Below are positions 45,923-55,496 of a DNA stretch of 64,000 nucleotides, piece by piece. The stretch spans positions 8,915 through 72,914 of the forward strand of contig JBKCLO010000181.1 of the NCBI GenBank assembly GCA_046300675.1, in the 5' to 3' direction. This DNA is from Ignavibacteria bacterium (lineage in GTDB: Bacteria; Bacteroidota; Ignavibacteria; Kapaibacteriales; Kapaibacteriaceae). How positions within the stretch are numbered: the stretch's first letter is position 1; each line of letters starts with the position of its first letter. Under the pieces are notes generated by a model. It saw only the letters and a list, made by a program, of their open reading frames with translations. It ran no database searches and was not told the DNA's origin. The translations under genes were made by a program, and so were the position numbers.

Positions 45923-48016
45923 CTACATCGTTAGAATCTTAAACTCAACGCGTCGATTTCTGCGTCTGCCGTCCTCCGTGTCATTCGTATCCAGAGGCTT
46001 GGTTGCGCCATAGGCAACAACCTTCATGCGGCCTGATGCAACTCCACGCGATTCGAGGTACGTTTTCACTGCCTGTACACGGCTGCGTGAGATCTCCATG
46101 TTCGCTGCATTCGTCCCAACTTTGTCCGAGTGACCAGCCAGCTCGATGGTAACTGTGGGCTTAGCCGAAAGGAACTCTGCAAGACGATTGAGTTCAGCGA
46201 ATGACTCCGGACGGAGTTCGGAGAGACGGAAGTCAAAAAAGACATTGTTAAGGATGATCGTCTGATTTTTTTGGATCGGCGCCAGATAGAGGTCACGGGT
46301 GATCTCTGAGTATGAGTTCAACACCCGTGTATCAAGCTGATCGCTGACAGGATAGAATCCCTCGAACTCTGCTCGAAAGCCATAGAGATCGCCAGCAGGA
46401 AGTACGATAGAATACTGGCCGTTCTTTGGTTCTGACCTGGCAAGTCCTACCGTTTTGCTCTTTGTGAGACTTTCATAGGAAACAGATGTCGCAATTGGCT
46501 GTTTCGTGGCAGCGTTGAGCACACGTCCGCTCACAAGCACAACGGGCATTGGCTTAAGAGCCTGCGGCAGAGGGACACGGTAGAGATCAAGACTATTATT
46601 TGCGTCGTTGGTGGCACTCAGGTATGCATAATCTGCTTTTGCAGGAATGGTAAAGTAGGCATCCCAACCTGCAGTGTTGATCGACGGCCCTACATTTACT
46701 GGCTCGCTCCACGAAGTCCATGTGTCGTCGAGTCGTCTCGTCATCCAAATATCAAAGTCACCATACCCGCGGCGTCCGTCTGTTGCAAAAAACACTGTAA
46801 CACCATCTGCCGCAATAAACGGAGACACCTCATTGCCCCAGGTGTTAATGGTTTTGCCACAGTTAACTGGCGCTGAGAATGAACCGTCACGCTTGCGCTT
46901 GGAAACGTAGATGTCCCGCTGTCCGCGCGTGTCCTCGCGTTCTACAGTCATAAGCAGAACCATCCCGCTTGGATCTAACGACAGCTCCGAATATGTGCTG
47001 TTGTTGTAGTACTGATCAATGCGAATATCCCGTGGCACACTCCAGCCGTTCTCAGTCATCACGGCTGTGGAGATCCCTGCGCCCTTGGGAGCCCCATTGC
47101 TGTAGTATGTATTCCCCACCACTACCTGATTTCGGTCGGGGGTTATGCTGATCAGAAAATTGGATGAGTAATTGTTAAGGGGCGCACCAACGTTAACCGC
47201 TGGTCCCCAAGAACCGTCCGGACGTTGATCGGTGTACCAGATATCTTCAGTTGTCGGATCACCAATGTTACCGGCAAACGGATATCGGCCGAAGTAGAGT
47301 CGTTTTCCATCAGCCGTAATAACTGGTGAGATATCTCCGCCATTGCAGTTTACCTGCGGACCCAAATTCTCACGATTGCCGATCGCCACAAACCGATCTG
47401 CTAGAGGTATCGATGTTGTGTCTTGTTTTACTGTGAAATCATCGAACTCAACAACGGCCTGGGGTCCGACCACTATGCCGGCCTTTGCTCCGGCAATACC
47501 CGGTTGATCAAAACCAAACAACGTTTGATCGTTCAGGAGCACGCTCATGCCTGAGCCGCGTTTACGCAGCGTGATTGTAAACCATGCCTGCATCGCTGGG
47601 ATGCCCGTTACCGGCGTCCAGGGCTGGATATCGATCAGATCACCATTCTGGATCGAATAGATGCGATAGTTGCCACTTGTGGTAACGAGAAAGACATTGG
47701 TGTTAACCGAGTTCTTACCGCTCCACATAAGGCCAAAGCCTGTTGATGCCGAGCCTGTGATCTGACGCAGACGCACCTCGATATCGAAGTCTTTATCGTA
47801 GTTGATAAAGCATGGCGTCTCGGCCTGAAAATCCCCGAACGCCGCGCGCTGGTCTACGCGATACACGCCGCTCACGATTGACGCGCTGCGTCCTAGACTT
47901 CCGCCAGTCTTCCATGCAGAGCTTGCAGTTTCGAACTGCTCCCTGCAGGCAACACCAAGATCATCTGCTTGTGCGCAGGCAACGGCAACGAAAAGCAGTA
48001 GTATGATTGCGTTCAT
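45923..48016 (-). CDS. OmpA-family envelope protein with TolB-like PD40 propeller, carboxypeptidase-regulatory-like domain and OmpA_C peptidoglycan-binding domain (PorE-like architecture)
   Basis: 697 aa with signal/lipobox-like MNAIILLLFVAVAC. The N-terminus looks like a jelly-roll (ends VVEFDDFTV). PD40-type repeats are present (DISPVITADGKRLYFGR; NEVSPFIAADGVTVFFATDGRRGYGDFDIWM). CRD-like segment: VLVSGRVLNAATKQPI. The C-terminal OmpA motif is ELAGHSDKVGTNAANMEISRSRVQAVKTYL...NRRVEFKIL. Confidence 0.8.
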   Translation of the reverse strand: MNAIILLLFVAVACAQADDLGVACREQFETASSAWKTGGSLGRSASIVSGVYRVDQRAAFGDFQAETPCFINYDKDFDIEVRLRQITGSASTGFGLMWSGKNSVNTNVFLVTTSGNYRIYSIQNGDLIDIQPWTPVTGIPAMQAWFTITLRKRGSGMSVLLNDQTLFGFDQPGIAGAKAGIVVGPQAVVEFDDFTVKQDTTSIPLADRFVAIGNRENLGPQVNCNGGDISPVITADGKRLYFGRYPFAGNIGDPTTEDIWYTDQRPDGSWGPAVNVGAPLNNYSSNFLISITPDRNQVVVGNTYYSNGAPKGAGISTAVMTENGWSVPRDIRIDQYYNNSTYSELSLDPSGMVLLMTVEREDTRGQRDIYVSKRKRDGSFSAPVNCGKTINTWGNEVSPFIAADGVTVFFATDGRRGYGDFDIWMTRRLDDTWTSWSEPVNVGPSINTAGWDAYFTIPAKADYAYLSATNDANNSLDLYRVPLPQALKPMPVVLVSGRVLNAATKQPIATSVSYESLTKSKTVGLARSEPKNGQYSIVLPAGDLYGFRAEFEGFYPVSDQLDTRVLNSYSEITRDLYLAPIQKNQTIILNNVFFDFRLSELRPESFAELNRLAEFLSAKPTVTIELAGHSDKVGTNAANMEISRSRVQAVKTYLESRGVASGRMKVVAYGATKPLDTNDTEDGRRRNRRVEFKILTM

Positions 48017-49908
48017 TCTTCCAGATACGTATATCCGTAAAGTCCCGATCGATAGATAGCAAGAAACTCCTTGCCCTCATGAACGCTGATGCGTTTCTCC
48101 TTCACAGACGAGCTTACCCAGGCCTCCATTGTGCGAACAAGCTTTTTTGCATTGAATTGCACGTAGTCCAGCACATCGGCAACAGTCTCGCCATCGATAA
48201 CTTGATCGATCTCATAGCCCCGTTCTGAAACAGTGATATGAACGGCGTTCGTATCACCGAAGAGATTATGCAGATCTCCGAGAATCTCCTGATAGGCACC
48301 TACCAGAAACACAGCCAGGTAATATGGTTCACCCTTTGCGAGTTCATGCACCGGCAGAAGAGATGTATAATCTCGTTGGCCGATGAAATGATCAACCTTG
48401 CCGTCAGAGTCACAGGTGATATCCTGCAGCGTAGCCATGCGCGTAGGACGCTCATCATGCCTGTGAATCGGCATGATCGGGAACAGTTGATCGATAGCCC
48501 AGGAATCAGGCAGCGACTGGAAGAGTGAAAAATTGCAGAAATACTTGTCCGCGAGCATTTTCGGCAATGAACGAAGCTCTTCCGGCACGTTCTTGAGATC
48601 TACGGCAAGCTCGTTGATTCTATGTGCAAGCGTCCAGTACAACTTCTCCACCTGTGCACGCGTTCGCAGGTCAATGAGCCCGAGCGAGAAGCGGTCGAGC
48701 GTTTCTTCGCGCAATTGTTGGCAGTCGTGCCACGACTCAAGCATGTTGCGACTGTTCAGCGCTTGCAGTATCCTGTGAAGTTCGTGCACCAACTCGTGGT
48801 CGGTCTTCGATACTCTGTCTCTACCTGCCCAGACGGGAGTAGATGTTGCCTCAAGTACATTAAAGACCAGCACAGAGTGGTGGGCTGTTAGCGCCCTGCC
48901 GGACTCCGTGACAATATGCGGGTGCGGTAGTCCGCTCTTGTTTGATGCCTCTGCAAGTGCCGAGATGGCGTCGTTAGCATATTCTTGGATCGAGTAATTG
49001 ATACTCGAGGCAACACTGCTTCGTGTTCCGTCGTAATCAACACCTAGACCGCCACCTACGTCTACAAATTCTATCTGGCATCCCATCTGCATCAACTGAA
49101 CATAGAACTGGGAAACCTCGCCAAGTCCTTGCTTGATCTTACGAATGTTCGTGATTTGCGAACCAAGATGAAAGTGTATCAGCTTGATACAGTCGAGCAT
49201 GTCGTTCTTGCGTGCATACTCAACGGCTTCGAGTAGTTCGGAGGCGTTGAGTCCGAACTTCGACTGGTCTCCACCCGACTCTTCCCACTTACCGCTGCCA
49301 CTGGAAGCAAGCTTGATGCGAATGCCTATGTTTGGTCTAACCTTAAGTCTGGTGGCCACCTCGTTGATCAGGCGAAGCTCGTTGAGCTTTTCGACAACAA
49401 GGAATATCTTCTTTCCCATTTTCTGCGCCAGCAGACCCAACTCAATGAATTCTTCGTCTTTGTATCCATTGCAGATGATGAGCGCTTCCTGGTTGTCCAT
49501 GATCGCCAGCACTGCGTGCAGCTCTGGCTTAGACCCTGCCTCCAGGCCGATATTGAACTTTTTACCGTGTCGTACAAGCTCTTCTACAACAGGACGCTGC
49601 TGATTGACTTTGATCGGATAGACCGAATAGTAGGTTCCATTGTAGCCATATTCAGCTGCGGCCTTGCCAAAGCAACCAGAGATTTTCTCAATTCTATCGT
49701 CAAGGATGTCGGGGAACCGCAGCAGAACTGGCACACTTACGTCGCGAAGCTGCAGCTCGTCCACCAGTTCCTTGAGGTCTACACTGGCAGCCTTGCCCTT
49801 TCGCGGGCTGGCTGTCATGTGTCCTTTTGCATTGATCCCGAAGTATCCAATGCCCCACCCTGGTACATTGTAAAGCTCGGAACTGTCTTCAACTCGCCAT
49901 TTGCGCAT
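48013..49908 (-). CDS. speA: Biosynthetic arginine decarboxylase
   Basis: The ORF track gives 48013..50004; the ATG at 49908 gives MRKWRVEDSSELYNVPGWGIGYFGINAKG, the canonical SpeA N-terminus. The PLP Lys region is YSVYPIKVNQQRPVVEEL. The stop overlaps the downstream start (ATGA at 48013-48016). Confidence 0.92.
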   Translation of the reverse strand: MRKWRVEDSSELYNVPGWGIGYFGINAKGHMTASPRKGKAASVDLKELVDELQLRDVSVPVLLRFPDILDDRIEKISGCFGKAAAEYGYNGTYYSVYPIKVNQQRPVVEELVRHGKKFNIGLEAGSKPELHAVLAIMDNQEALIICNGYKDEEFIELGLLAQKMGKKIFLVVEKLNELRLINEVATRLKVRPNIGIRIKLASSGSGKWEESGGDQSKFGLNASELLEAVEYARKNDMLDCIKLIHFHLGSQITNIRKIKQGLGEVSQFYVQLMQMGCQIEFVDVGGGLGVDYDGTRSSVASSINYSIQEYANDAISALAEASNKSGLPHPHIVTESGRALTAHHSVLVFNVLEATSTPVWAGRDRVSKTDHELVHELHRILQALNSRNMLESWHDCQQLREETLDRFSLGLIDLRTRAQVEKLYWTLAHRINELAVDLKNVPEELRSLPKMLADKYFCNFSLFQSLPDSWAIDQLFPIMPIHRHDERPTRMATLQDITCDSDGKVDHFIGQRDYTSLLPVHELAKGEPYYLAVFLVGAYQEILGDLHNLFGDTNAVHITVSERGYEIDQVIDGETVADVLDYVQFNAKKLVRTMEAWVSSSVKEKRISVHEGKEFLAIYRSGLYGYTYLEE

Positions 49909-49943
49909 AGTGTCCAGATGTTTTGCTGGGAGAAATCGAATCG

Positions 49944-49951
49944 CAAAACTA
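49944..49951 (-). promoter_or_regulatory. Candidate -7 promoter box (TAGTTTTG) for speA
   Basis: The reverse complement is TAGTTTTG (TAnnTTTG), 35 nt upstream of the ATG at 49908. Confidence 0.4.
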
Positions 49952-49952
49952 C

Positions 49953-49970
49953 GCACATATATATTTGTGC
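49953..49970. promoter_or_regulatory. Palindrome GCACA-N8(AT-rich)-TGTGC; candidate Fur-family operator overlapping the fur -7 box
   Basis: GCACATATATATTTGTGC has perfect 5-bp arms and an all-A/T spacer. It ends 3 nt before the fur ATG at 49973, inside the 64-nt speA/fur divergent region. Confidence 0.35.
49960..49967 (+). promoter_or_regulatory. Candidate -7 promoter box (TATATTTG) for fur-topA
   Basis: Matches TAnnTTTG, 5 nt upstream of the ATG at 49973, giving a leaderless or near-leaderless transcript. Confidence 0.4.
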
Positions 49971-49972
49971 AG

Positions 49973-50440
49973 ATGTCTACTGAACTCAATATCGAAAAGC
50001 TCAAGCTTCAATTCGCTGAATATCTCAAGCGGAAGAAGTACAGAAACACCCAGGAGCGCAATAATGTGCTCGACAGAATCGGCGAGCTCGACCGTCATTT
50101 CAATGCCGACGAGCTGTATTTGTACATGAATGGAAGGGGCGACCGAATCTCGCGCGCCACGATTTATTCTACACTGGATCTTCTGACTCAGTGCGGGATT
50201 TTGATGAAGCACAAGTTTCAGGGCGACAGTGCGCATTTTGAACTTTCGAGTCGAATGCCCGATCACGACCACCTAATTTGTATGGAGTGCGGGCGCATAG
50301 TCGAGTATCGCGAAGAAGGAATTGATGCCATTCGAGACCGAGTTTGTCAAAGATTGGGTTTTCGACCGGTGACGCACTCTCTTCAGATTTTTGCAGTTTG
50401 TCACGATCCGGCCTCGTGCGAGCACAATAAACCAGACTAA
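49973..50440 (+). CDS. Fur family transcriptional regulator (Fur/PerR/Zur type)
   Basis: The ORF track gives 49901..50440; the ATG at 49973 gives MSTELNIEKLKLQFAEYLKRKKYRNTQERNNVLDRI. A winged-helix region (ISRATIYSTLDLLTQCGIL) is present, with metal sites HDHLICMECG and C-x6-C near the C-terminus. Confidence 0.85.
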   Translation: MSTELNIEKLKLQFAEYLKRKKYRNTQERNNVLDRIGELDRHFNADELYLYMNGRGDRISRATIYSTLDLLTQCGILMKHKFQGDSAHFELSSRMPDHDHLICMECGRIVEYREEGIDAIRDRVCQRLGFRPVTHSLQIFAVCHDPASCEHNKPD

Positions 50441-50454
50441 CACCCTAGGAAAGC

Positions 50455-52836
50455 ATGAAGAACCTCGTTATCGTAGAATCTCCTTCGAAGGCGAAGACGA
50501 TCCAGAAGTATCTGGGTGGTGACTTCGAAGTGACCTCCTGCATGGGGCATATCCGCGACCTTGCCGGAAACGATAAGGCCATCGACATTGCGAACAATTT
50601 CAGTCCCAATTACGAGATCACCGAAGACAAGAAAAAGCTTGTCGGAGAACTCAAGAAATTGGCTAAGCAGGCAGAAGTTGTCTGGCTCGCATCTGACGAA
50701 GACCGCGAGGGCGAGGCCATTGCCTGGCACCTTGTAGAGGCTCTTGAACTTCCTGAGTCAAAGACCAAGCGCATCGTGTTCCACGAGATCACCAAGCCTG
50801 CTATTGTCAAAGCCGTACAGAATCCTCGTGGCATCGACAAGAATCTGGTAGACGCACAACAAGCGCGGCGCGTACTTGATCGACTTGTCGGCTATGGCCT
50901 ATCCCCTGTTCTGTGGAGAAAGGTTCAGGCCAAACTTTCTGCCGGCCGCGTGCAGTCGGTTGCTGTTCGCCTTGTTGTCGAGCGCGAGCGCGAGATTCAA
51001 GCATTTAGCGCAACAAGCCAGTTTAAAGTAGTAGCAACGTTTACGGTTAACAATCGCACAGTTTCGGCCGAGCACCCGAAGAAGTTCAGCACAGAAGAGG
51101 AAGCCCGCACGTTTCTTGAAGGATGCATTGGCGCAGCCTATCAGGTGGTGAACCTTGAAACAAAGCCGAGCACAAAGCGTGCATCGCCCCCGTTTACAAC
51201 CTCGACACTGCAGCAGGAGGCCAGCAGAAAGCTCGGATATACACTAGTCCGAACGATGCGTCTGGCTCAGGACCTCTACGAACAGGGCCATATCTCGTAT
51301 ATGCGTACCGACTCGCAGAACCTCTCTGAAATCGCCATTGAGGCAGCGCGTCAAGAGATCGTCAGCTCCTTTGGTTCCGAGTACAGTAGCCCGCGTAACT
51401 ACACAACTAAGGTTGCCTCTGCTCAGGAAGCACACGAAGCAATCCGTCCAACCGACTTTGCCCGCCGACGCGCTGGCGAAAGCGATGCCCACGCCAAGTT
51501 GTATGATCTGATCTACAAGCGTACCATGGCATCACAAATGGCAGATGCCAAACTTGAGCGTACGATTGCCACGATCTCGATCTCGACACTGCCCGATACA
51601 CTAACTGCAACCGGCGAAGTGGTGATATTCGATGGTTTTCTCAAGGTCTACAGTGAGTCGCGCGGCGATGACGAAACAGACGATGATGAAACGTCAAAAA
51701 TGCTTCCGCCGCTGAGTATTGGTCAGCCCCTTTCACTTGATCTGATCTCTGCCAAAGAGCGTTTTGAGCGTCCACCAGCAAGGTATACCGAGGCCTCACT
51801 TGTGAAGGCCCTTGAAGAACTTGGCATCGGTCGTCCGTCGACATACGCACCAACGATTCAAAACATTCAGGCCCGCAATTACGTAGACAAACCCGAGCGG
51901 GATGGTCGCAAGCGCGACATCCGCGAGTTGCTGCTCAAAAGCGATGTGATAACCAAGGAAGTGCATCAGGAGACAACGGGCGCAGAAAAGAATAAGCTCG
52001 CTCCGACAGATATCGGTGTGATCGTTACCGACTTTTTGGTAAAGCATTTTGACGAGATCATGGACTACAACTTCACGGCTAATGTTGAGAAGCAGTTCGA
52101 TGAAATCGCACAGGGTATGGTGCGTTGGACCGAGATGATCCGTTCATTCTACGGCCCGTTTGAGGCGGATCTTCGCAAGACCAGCGAAACGGCAGAGCGG
52201 CAAAGCGGCGAGCGCCAACTTGGTGTTGACCCAGTGTCGGGCAAGAACGTCTATGTTCGTCTAGCACGCTACGGACCAATTGCGCAGATCGGCGAGGCTG
52301 ACGACGAAGACAAGCGGCAAAAGGGGCTCTCAGGCACGCTCAAGATTGAGACGATCACGTTGGAAGAGGCACTTGAGCTGTTCAAGTTCCCACGCGTTAT
52401 CGGACTGTTCGAAGATTACCCGATGGAGGTTAAGCTCGGCCGTTTTGGACCATACATCGAGCATAACAAAGCCTTCTATTCGCTTCCGAAAGAGGATGAT
52501 CCATACTCAGTGCAGGGTCCGCGCGGCATTGAAGTGATCCTTGCCCGACGTCAGAAGATTGAAGAGAACACGATCAAGATCTTCCCGGAGGACGACAACG
52601 TAAAGATCCTCAAGGGGCGATGGGGTCCGTTCATCAAGGTTGGCAAACAGAACGTCCGCATCCCCAAGGATACCGATGCAGCTTCGTTAACCCTTGAAGA
52701 GTGTCTCCAGCTTGCTCTGCAGCAGGCTCCAGCAAAGGCACCTGCCAAGAAGGCCGCCAAAACTGCGGCCAAGAAGACACCAGCAAAGAAAACGGCCGTC
52801 AAAAAGACGGCCGCTAAGAAGTCGACAAAAAAATAA
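50455..52836 (+). CDS. topA: DNA topoisomerase I (type IA) with Cys-less C-terminal repeats and a Lys/Ala-rich tail
   Basis: 793 aa. It has a TOPRIM N-terminus (MKNLVIVESPSKAKTIQKYLG), the active-site region GHISYMRTDS, C-terminal GRFGPY/GRWGPF repeats, and the tail AKKAAKTAAKKTPAKKTAVKKTAAKKSTKK. Confidence 0.95.
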   Translation: MKNLVIVESPSKAKTIQKYLGGDFEVTSCMGHIRDLAGNDKAIDIANNFSPNYEITEDKKKLVGELKKLAKQAEVVWLASDEDREGEAIAWHLVEALELPESKTKRIVFHEITKPAIVKAVQNPRGIDKNLVDAQQARRVLDRLVGYGLSPVLWRKVQAKLSAGRVQSVAVRLVVEREREIQAFSATSQFKVVATFTVNNRTVSAEHPKKFSTEEEARTFLEGCIGAAYQVVNLETKPSTKRASPPFTTSTLQQEASRKLGYTLVRTMRLAQDLYEQGHISYMRTDSQNLSEIAIEAARQEIVSSFGSEYSSPRNYTTKVASAQEAHEAIRPTDFARRRAGESDAHAKLYDLIYKRTMASQMADAKLERTIATISISTLPDTLTATGEVVIFDGFLKVYSESRGDDETDDDETSKMLPPLSIGQPLSLDLISAKERFERPPARYTEASLVKALEELGIGRPSTYAPTIQNIQARNYVDKPERDGRKRDIRELLLKSDVITKEVHQETTGAEKNKLAPTDIGVIVTDFLVKHFDEIMDYNFTANVEKQFDEIAQGMVRWTEMIRSFYGPFEADLRKTSETAERQSGERQLGVDPVSGKNVYVRLARYGPIAQIGEADDEDKRQKGLSGTLKIETITLEEALELFKFPRVIGLFEDYPMEVKLGRFGPYIEHNKAFYSLPKEDDPYSVQGPRGIEVILARRQKIEENTIKIFPEDDNVKILKGRWGPFIKVGKQNVRIPKDTDAASLTLEECLQLALQQAPAKAPAKKAAKTAAKKTPAKKTAVKKTAAKKSTKK

Positions 52837-52841
52837 GAGCC

Positions 52842-54998
52842 TTACTTAACGAAAAGCATCTCACGATACGATGGCAACGGCCAGTGATCGTGAGCCGTTA
52901 GGCGCTCGAGCTTGTCGGCAGCCTTGCGCACACTGTTCATGGCCGGCACGACGTTCTGGAGCATATGGTGTGACTTTTCGTGTACCGTCTCGCCCCCTAA
53001 CTCGGCATTCTGCACCCGCAGCGCATCGAGTGCTGTGATGAGCTCGTCGGCATTCTGCGATAACTCCTGCGTTGTCCTCTGTATCGCTGTGCTTGAGACA
53101 CCAATCGATGAGAGCTCGCGCAGATAACGCAACACAGCAGGCAGAATCTGCGTCTGTGCGATCCATTCTGTTGTCTCGCCCTCAATGTTTACCGACTTGA
53201 AATACTGATCTAACATCACTTCCTGACGTGCCTCGAGCTCGCGCGCCGTAAGAACTCCATGTGATGAGAACAGCTCTGTATTCTTCGCGTTAACAAGTGT
53301 TTCGATCGCGCTTACGGAAGTAGTCAGGTTGAGCAGGCCTCGCTTGTGGGCTTCCTTGTGCCAATCATCTGAATAACCATCACCATTGAAGATGATGCGT
53401 GAGTGCTTCTTGTAGACGTCTTTAATGACATCTACGAGCGCTGCTTCAAACGACTGCTTCTTCTTCATCTTGGCCGCGATCATTGCTGTCATCGCATTAA
53501 TCGACTCTGCAGCGATCACATTCAGCACAGTTATGGCGAACGAGACAGACTGCGAAGATCCAACAGCGCGGAACTCAAACTTGTTGCCTGTGAAGGCAAA
53601 CGGAGACGTGCGATTTCTGTCGCCTGCATGCTGAGGAAGTTTCGGCAGAACCTCTGTGCCGAGTCCGAGCAGACCCGCCTTCTTCGAAGAGCCTCCCTTA
53701 CCACTGAGAATGCGGTCGAAGATCTCAGTGAGTTGTTCTCCAAGGAACATCGACATAATGGCAGGAGGCGCTTCGTTTGCACCGAGGCGGTGATCGTTAG
53801 ATGCCGACGCAACCGTAGTGCGCACGAGGTCCTGATGCAAGTCCAGTGCGCGGATCACGGCTGCGCAGAAAAAGAGGAACTGCATGTTGTTCTGAGGCGT
53901 GTCTCCGGGCTCGAGCAGGTTCTGTCCGCCATCTGTCGACATCGACCAGTTGACGTGTTTGCCGGACCCGTTGACACCTGCAAACGGCTTCTCGTGCATA
54001 AGACATACCAGGCCGTACTTACGGGCGGTGTTACGCAAGACCTGCATGACAAGCTGCTGGTGGTCTGCAGCGATGTTTGACTGTTCAAAGATCGGTGCGA
54101 CTTCAAACTGTCCGGGCGCAACCTCGTTGTGACGTGTCTTGATCGGAATGCCAAGTGCATAGAGCTGATGCTCTGCATCTGTCATGTAGGTTAGAATCCT
54201 GTCAGGGATCGATCCAAAGTAATGATCCTCGAGCTCCTGCCCTTTCGGCGGCTGCGCACCAAAGAGCGTGCGTCCGCACATCACGAGATCTGGTCTGCGA
54301 TAGAAGAACTCTTCATCGATAAGGAAGTATTCCTGCTCAACACCAACAGTTGAAATCACACGCTGCGTCTCAACATCGCCAAACAGCATCAGGGCGCCAC
54401 GGGATGCCGTATTGAGTCCTTCCATACTGCGCAGAAGCGGCGTCTTATTATCCAACGCCTCGCCCGTCCACGACGCAAAAGCCGTAGGGATACACAATGT
54501 TGCACCATTGGAATGACGCATGATAAAGGCAGGAGATGTTGGATCCCACGCCGTGTAACCACGCGCCTCAAACGTAGCGCGTAGGCCGCCGCTCGGAAAC
54601 GACGATGCATCCGGCTCGCCTTGAATCAGCTCTTTGCCTGAAAACTGTGATATCGCCGATCCATCGCTGGTTGGCGTAACAAACGACTCATGTTTTTCAG
54701 CGGTCAAGCCTGTAAGGGGCTGAAACCAGTGCGTGTAATGCGTAGCACCACGTTCCATGGCCCATGTTTTCATTGCCATGGCAACCGTGTCGGCGATTGC
54801 TGCATCGAGTGTAGCTCCACGATCAATTGTTGCCACAAGCGATTTCCAGACCGGCTTGCTCAGACGCTGGCGCAGCTCCTCCATCGTGAGTACATCACTG
54901 GCGAATACCTCGTTAACGACATCACTTGGCGATGGATACTGCAGGCCATCCAGGCGCCAGTTCTTTGCAACCGATGAGATGTCAATGTTCGACGACAT
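52842..54998 (-). CDS. glnN: Glutamine synthetase type III
   Basis: 718 aa. The length and motifs are typical of GSIII ([47 protein letters not shown]). Confidence 0.9.
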   Translation of the reverse strand: MSSNIDISSVAKNWRLDGLQYPSPSDVVNEVFASDVLTMEELRQRLSKPVWKSLVATIDRGATLDAAIADTVAMAMKTWAMERGATHYTHWFQPLTGLTAEKHESFVTPTSDGSAISQFSGKELIQGEPDASSFPSGGLRATFEARGYTAWDPTSPAFIMRHSNGATLCIPTAFASWTGEALDNKTPLLRSMEGLNTASRGALMLFGDVETQRVISTVGVEQEYFLIDEEFFYRRPDLVMCGRTLFGAQPPKGQELEDHYFGSIPDRILTYMTDAEHQLYALGIPIKTRHNEVAPGQFEVAPIFEQSNIAADHQQLVMQVLRNTARKYGLVCLMHEKPFAGVNGSGKHVNWSMSTDGGQNLLEPGDTPQNNMQFLFFCAAVIRALDLHQDLVRTTVASASNDHRLGANEAPPAIMSMFLGEQLTEIFDRILSGKGGSSKKAGLLGLGTEVLPKLPQHAGDRNRTSPFAFTGNKFEFRAVGSSQSVSFAITVLNVIAAESINAMTAMIAAKMKKKQSFEAALVDVIKDVYKKHSRIIFNGDGYSDDWHKEAHKRGLLNLTTSVSAIETLVNAKNTELFSSHGVLTARELEARQEVMLDQYFKSVNIEGETTEWIAQTQILPAVLRYLRELSSIGVSSTAIQRTTQELSQNADELITALDALRVQNAELGGETVHEKSHHMLQNVVPAMNSVRKAADKLERLTAHDHWPLPSYREMLFVK

Positions 54999-55013
54999 AG
55001 AGCCCCTTACTGA

Positions 55014-55466
55014 TTATGTGATTGGTATCTGTGTTTGTTCTTTGTGCGTGCTCAGCACAACGTTGGTTAGCGTCTTCGAAACACCCTTCCATTGCTGAAT
55101 TGCGGAAAGCAACTGCTCAAGAGCGGCTGTGTTTACACAGCGCACCTTGAGAACATGCGATGCTGTTCCCGTTATTGCATGACATTCAAGTACGTCCCGC
55201 CGAGCTCGACACTGCCTACGAAATCCATCATATGCCGAACTCGAGTCAAGATCCACATAGATGAATGCCGTAACATCAAACCCAAGCTCTGCGGCATCTA
55301 GAACTGTCGTATACTCGCGTATCACACCGTCTGCTTCAAGTTTCTTGATGTGCTCACTTACCGTAGGTACTGATGAACCGACAGCCTCGGCTATCTCATT
55401 CATGCTCATTCGCGCATTCCCCTGAAGCAAGGCGCAAATGTTCCGGTCAAGTTCTTTAAGCGGCAT
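55014..55466 (-). CDS. Lrp/AsnC family transcriptional regulator
   Basis: The ORF track gives 55014..55508; the ATG at 55466 gives MPLKELDRNICALLQGNARMSMNEIAEAVGSSVPTVSEHIKKLE (HTH), followed by a RAM/ACT-like C-terminal domain. It sits immediately upstream of glnN with a 15-nt gap. Confidence 0.85.
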   Translation of the reverse strand: MPLKELDRNICALLQGNARMSMNEIAEAVGSSVPTVSEHIKKLEADGVIREYTTVLDAAELGFDVTAFIYVDLDSSSAYDGFRRQCRARRDVLECHAITGTASHVLKVRCVNTAALEQLLSAIQQWKGVSKTLTNVVLSTHKEQTQIPIT

Positions 55467-55496
55467 GTACTTTATGTTTGTTAAGTTCAACCGTAG

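Noticed and set aside
53403-54080. A 225-aa plus-strand ORF antisense to glnN
   Set aside because: It is a shadow ORF within the strongly supported GSIII gene. It is Arg/Cys/Leu-rich with no motifs.
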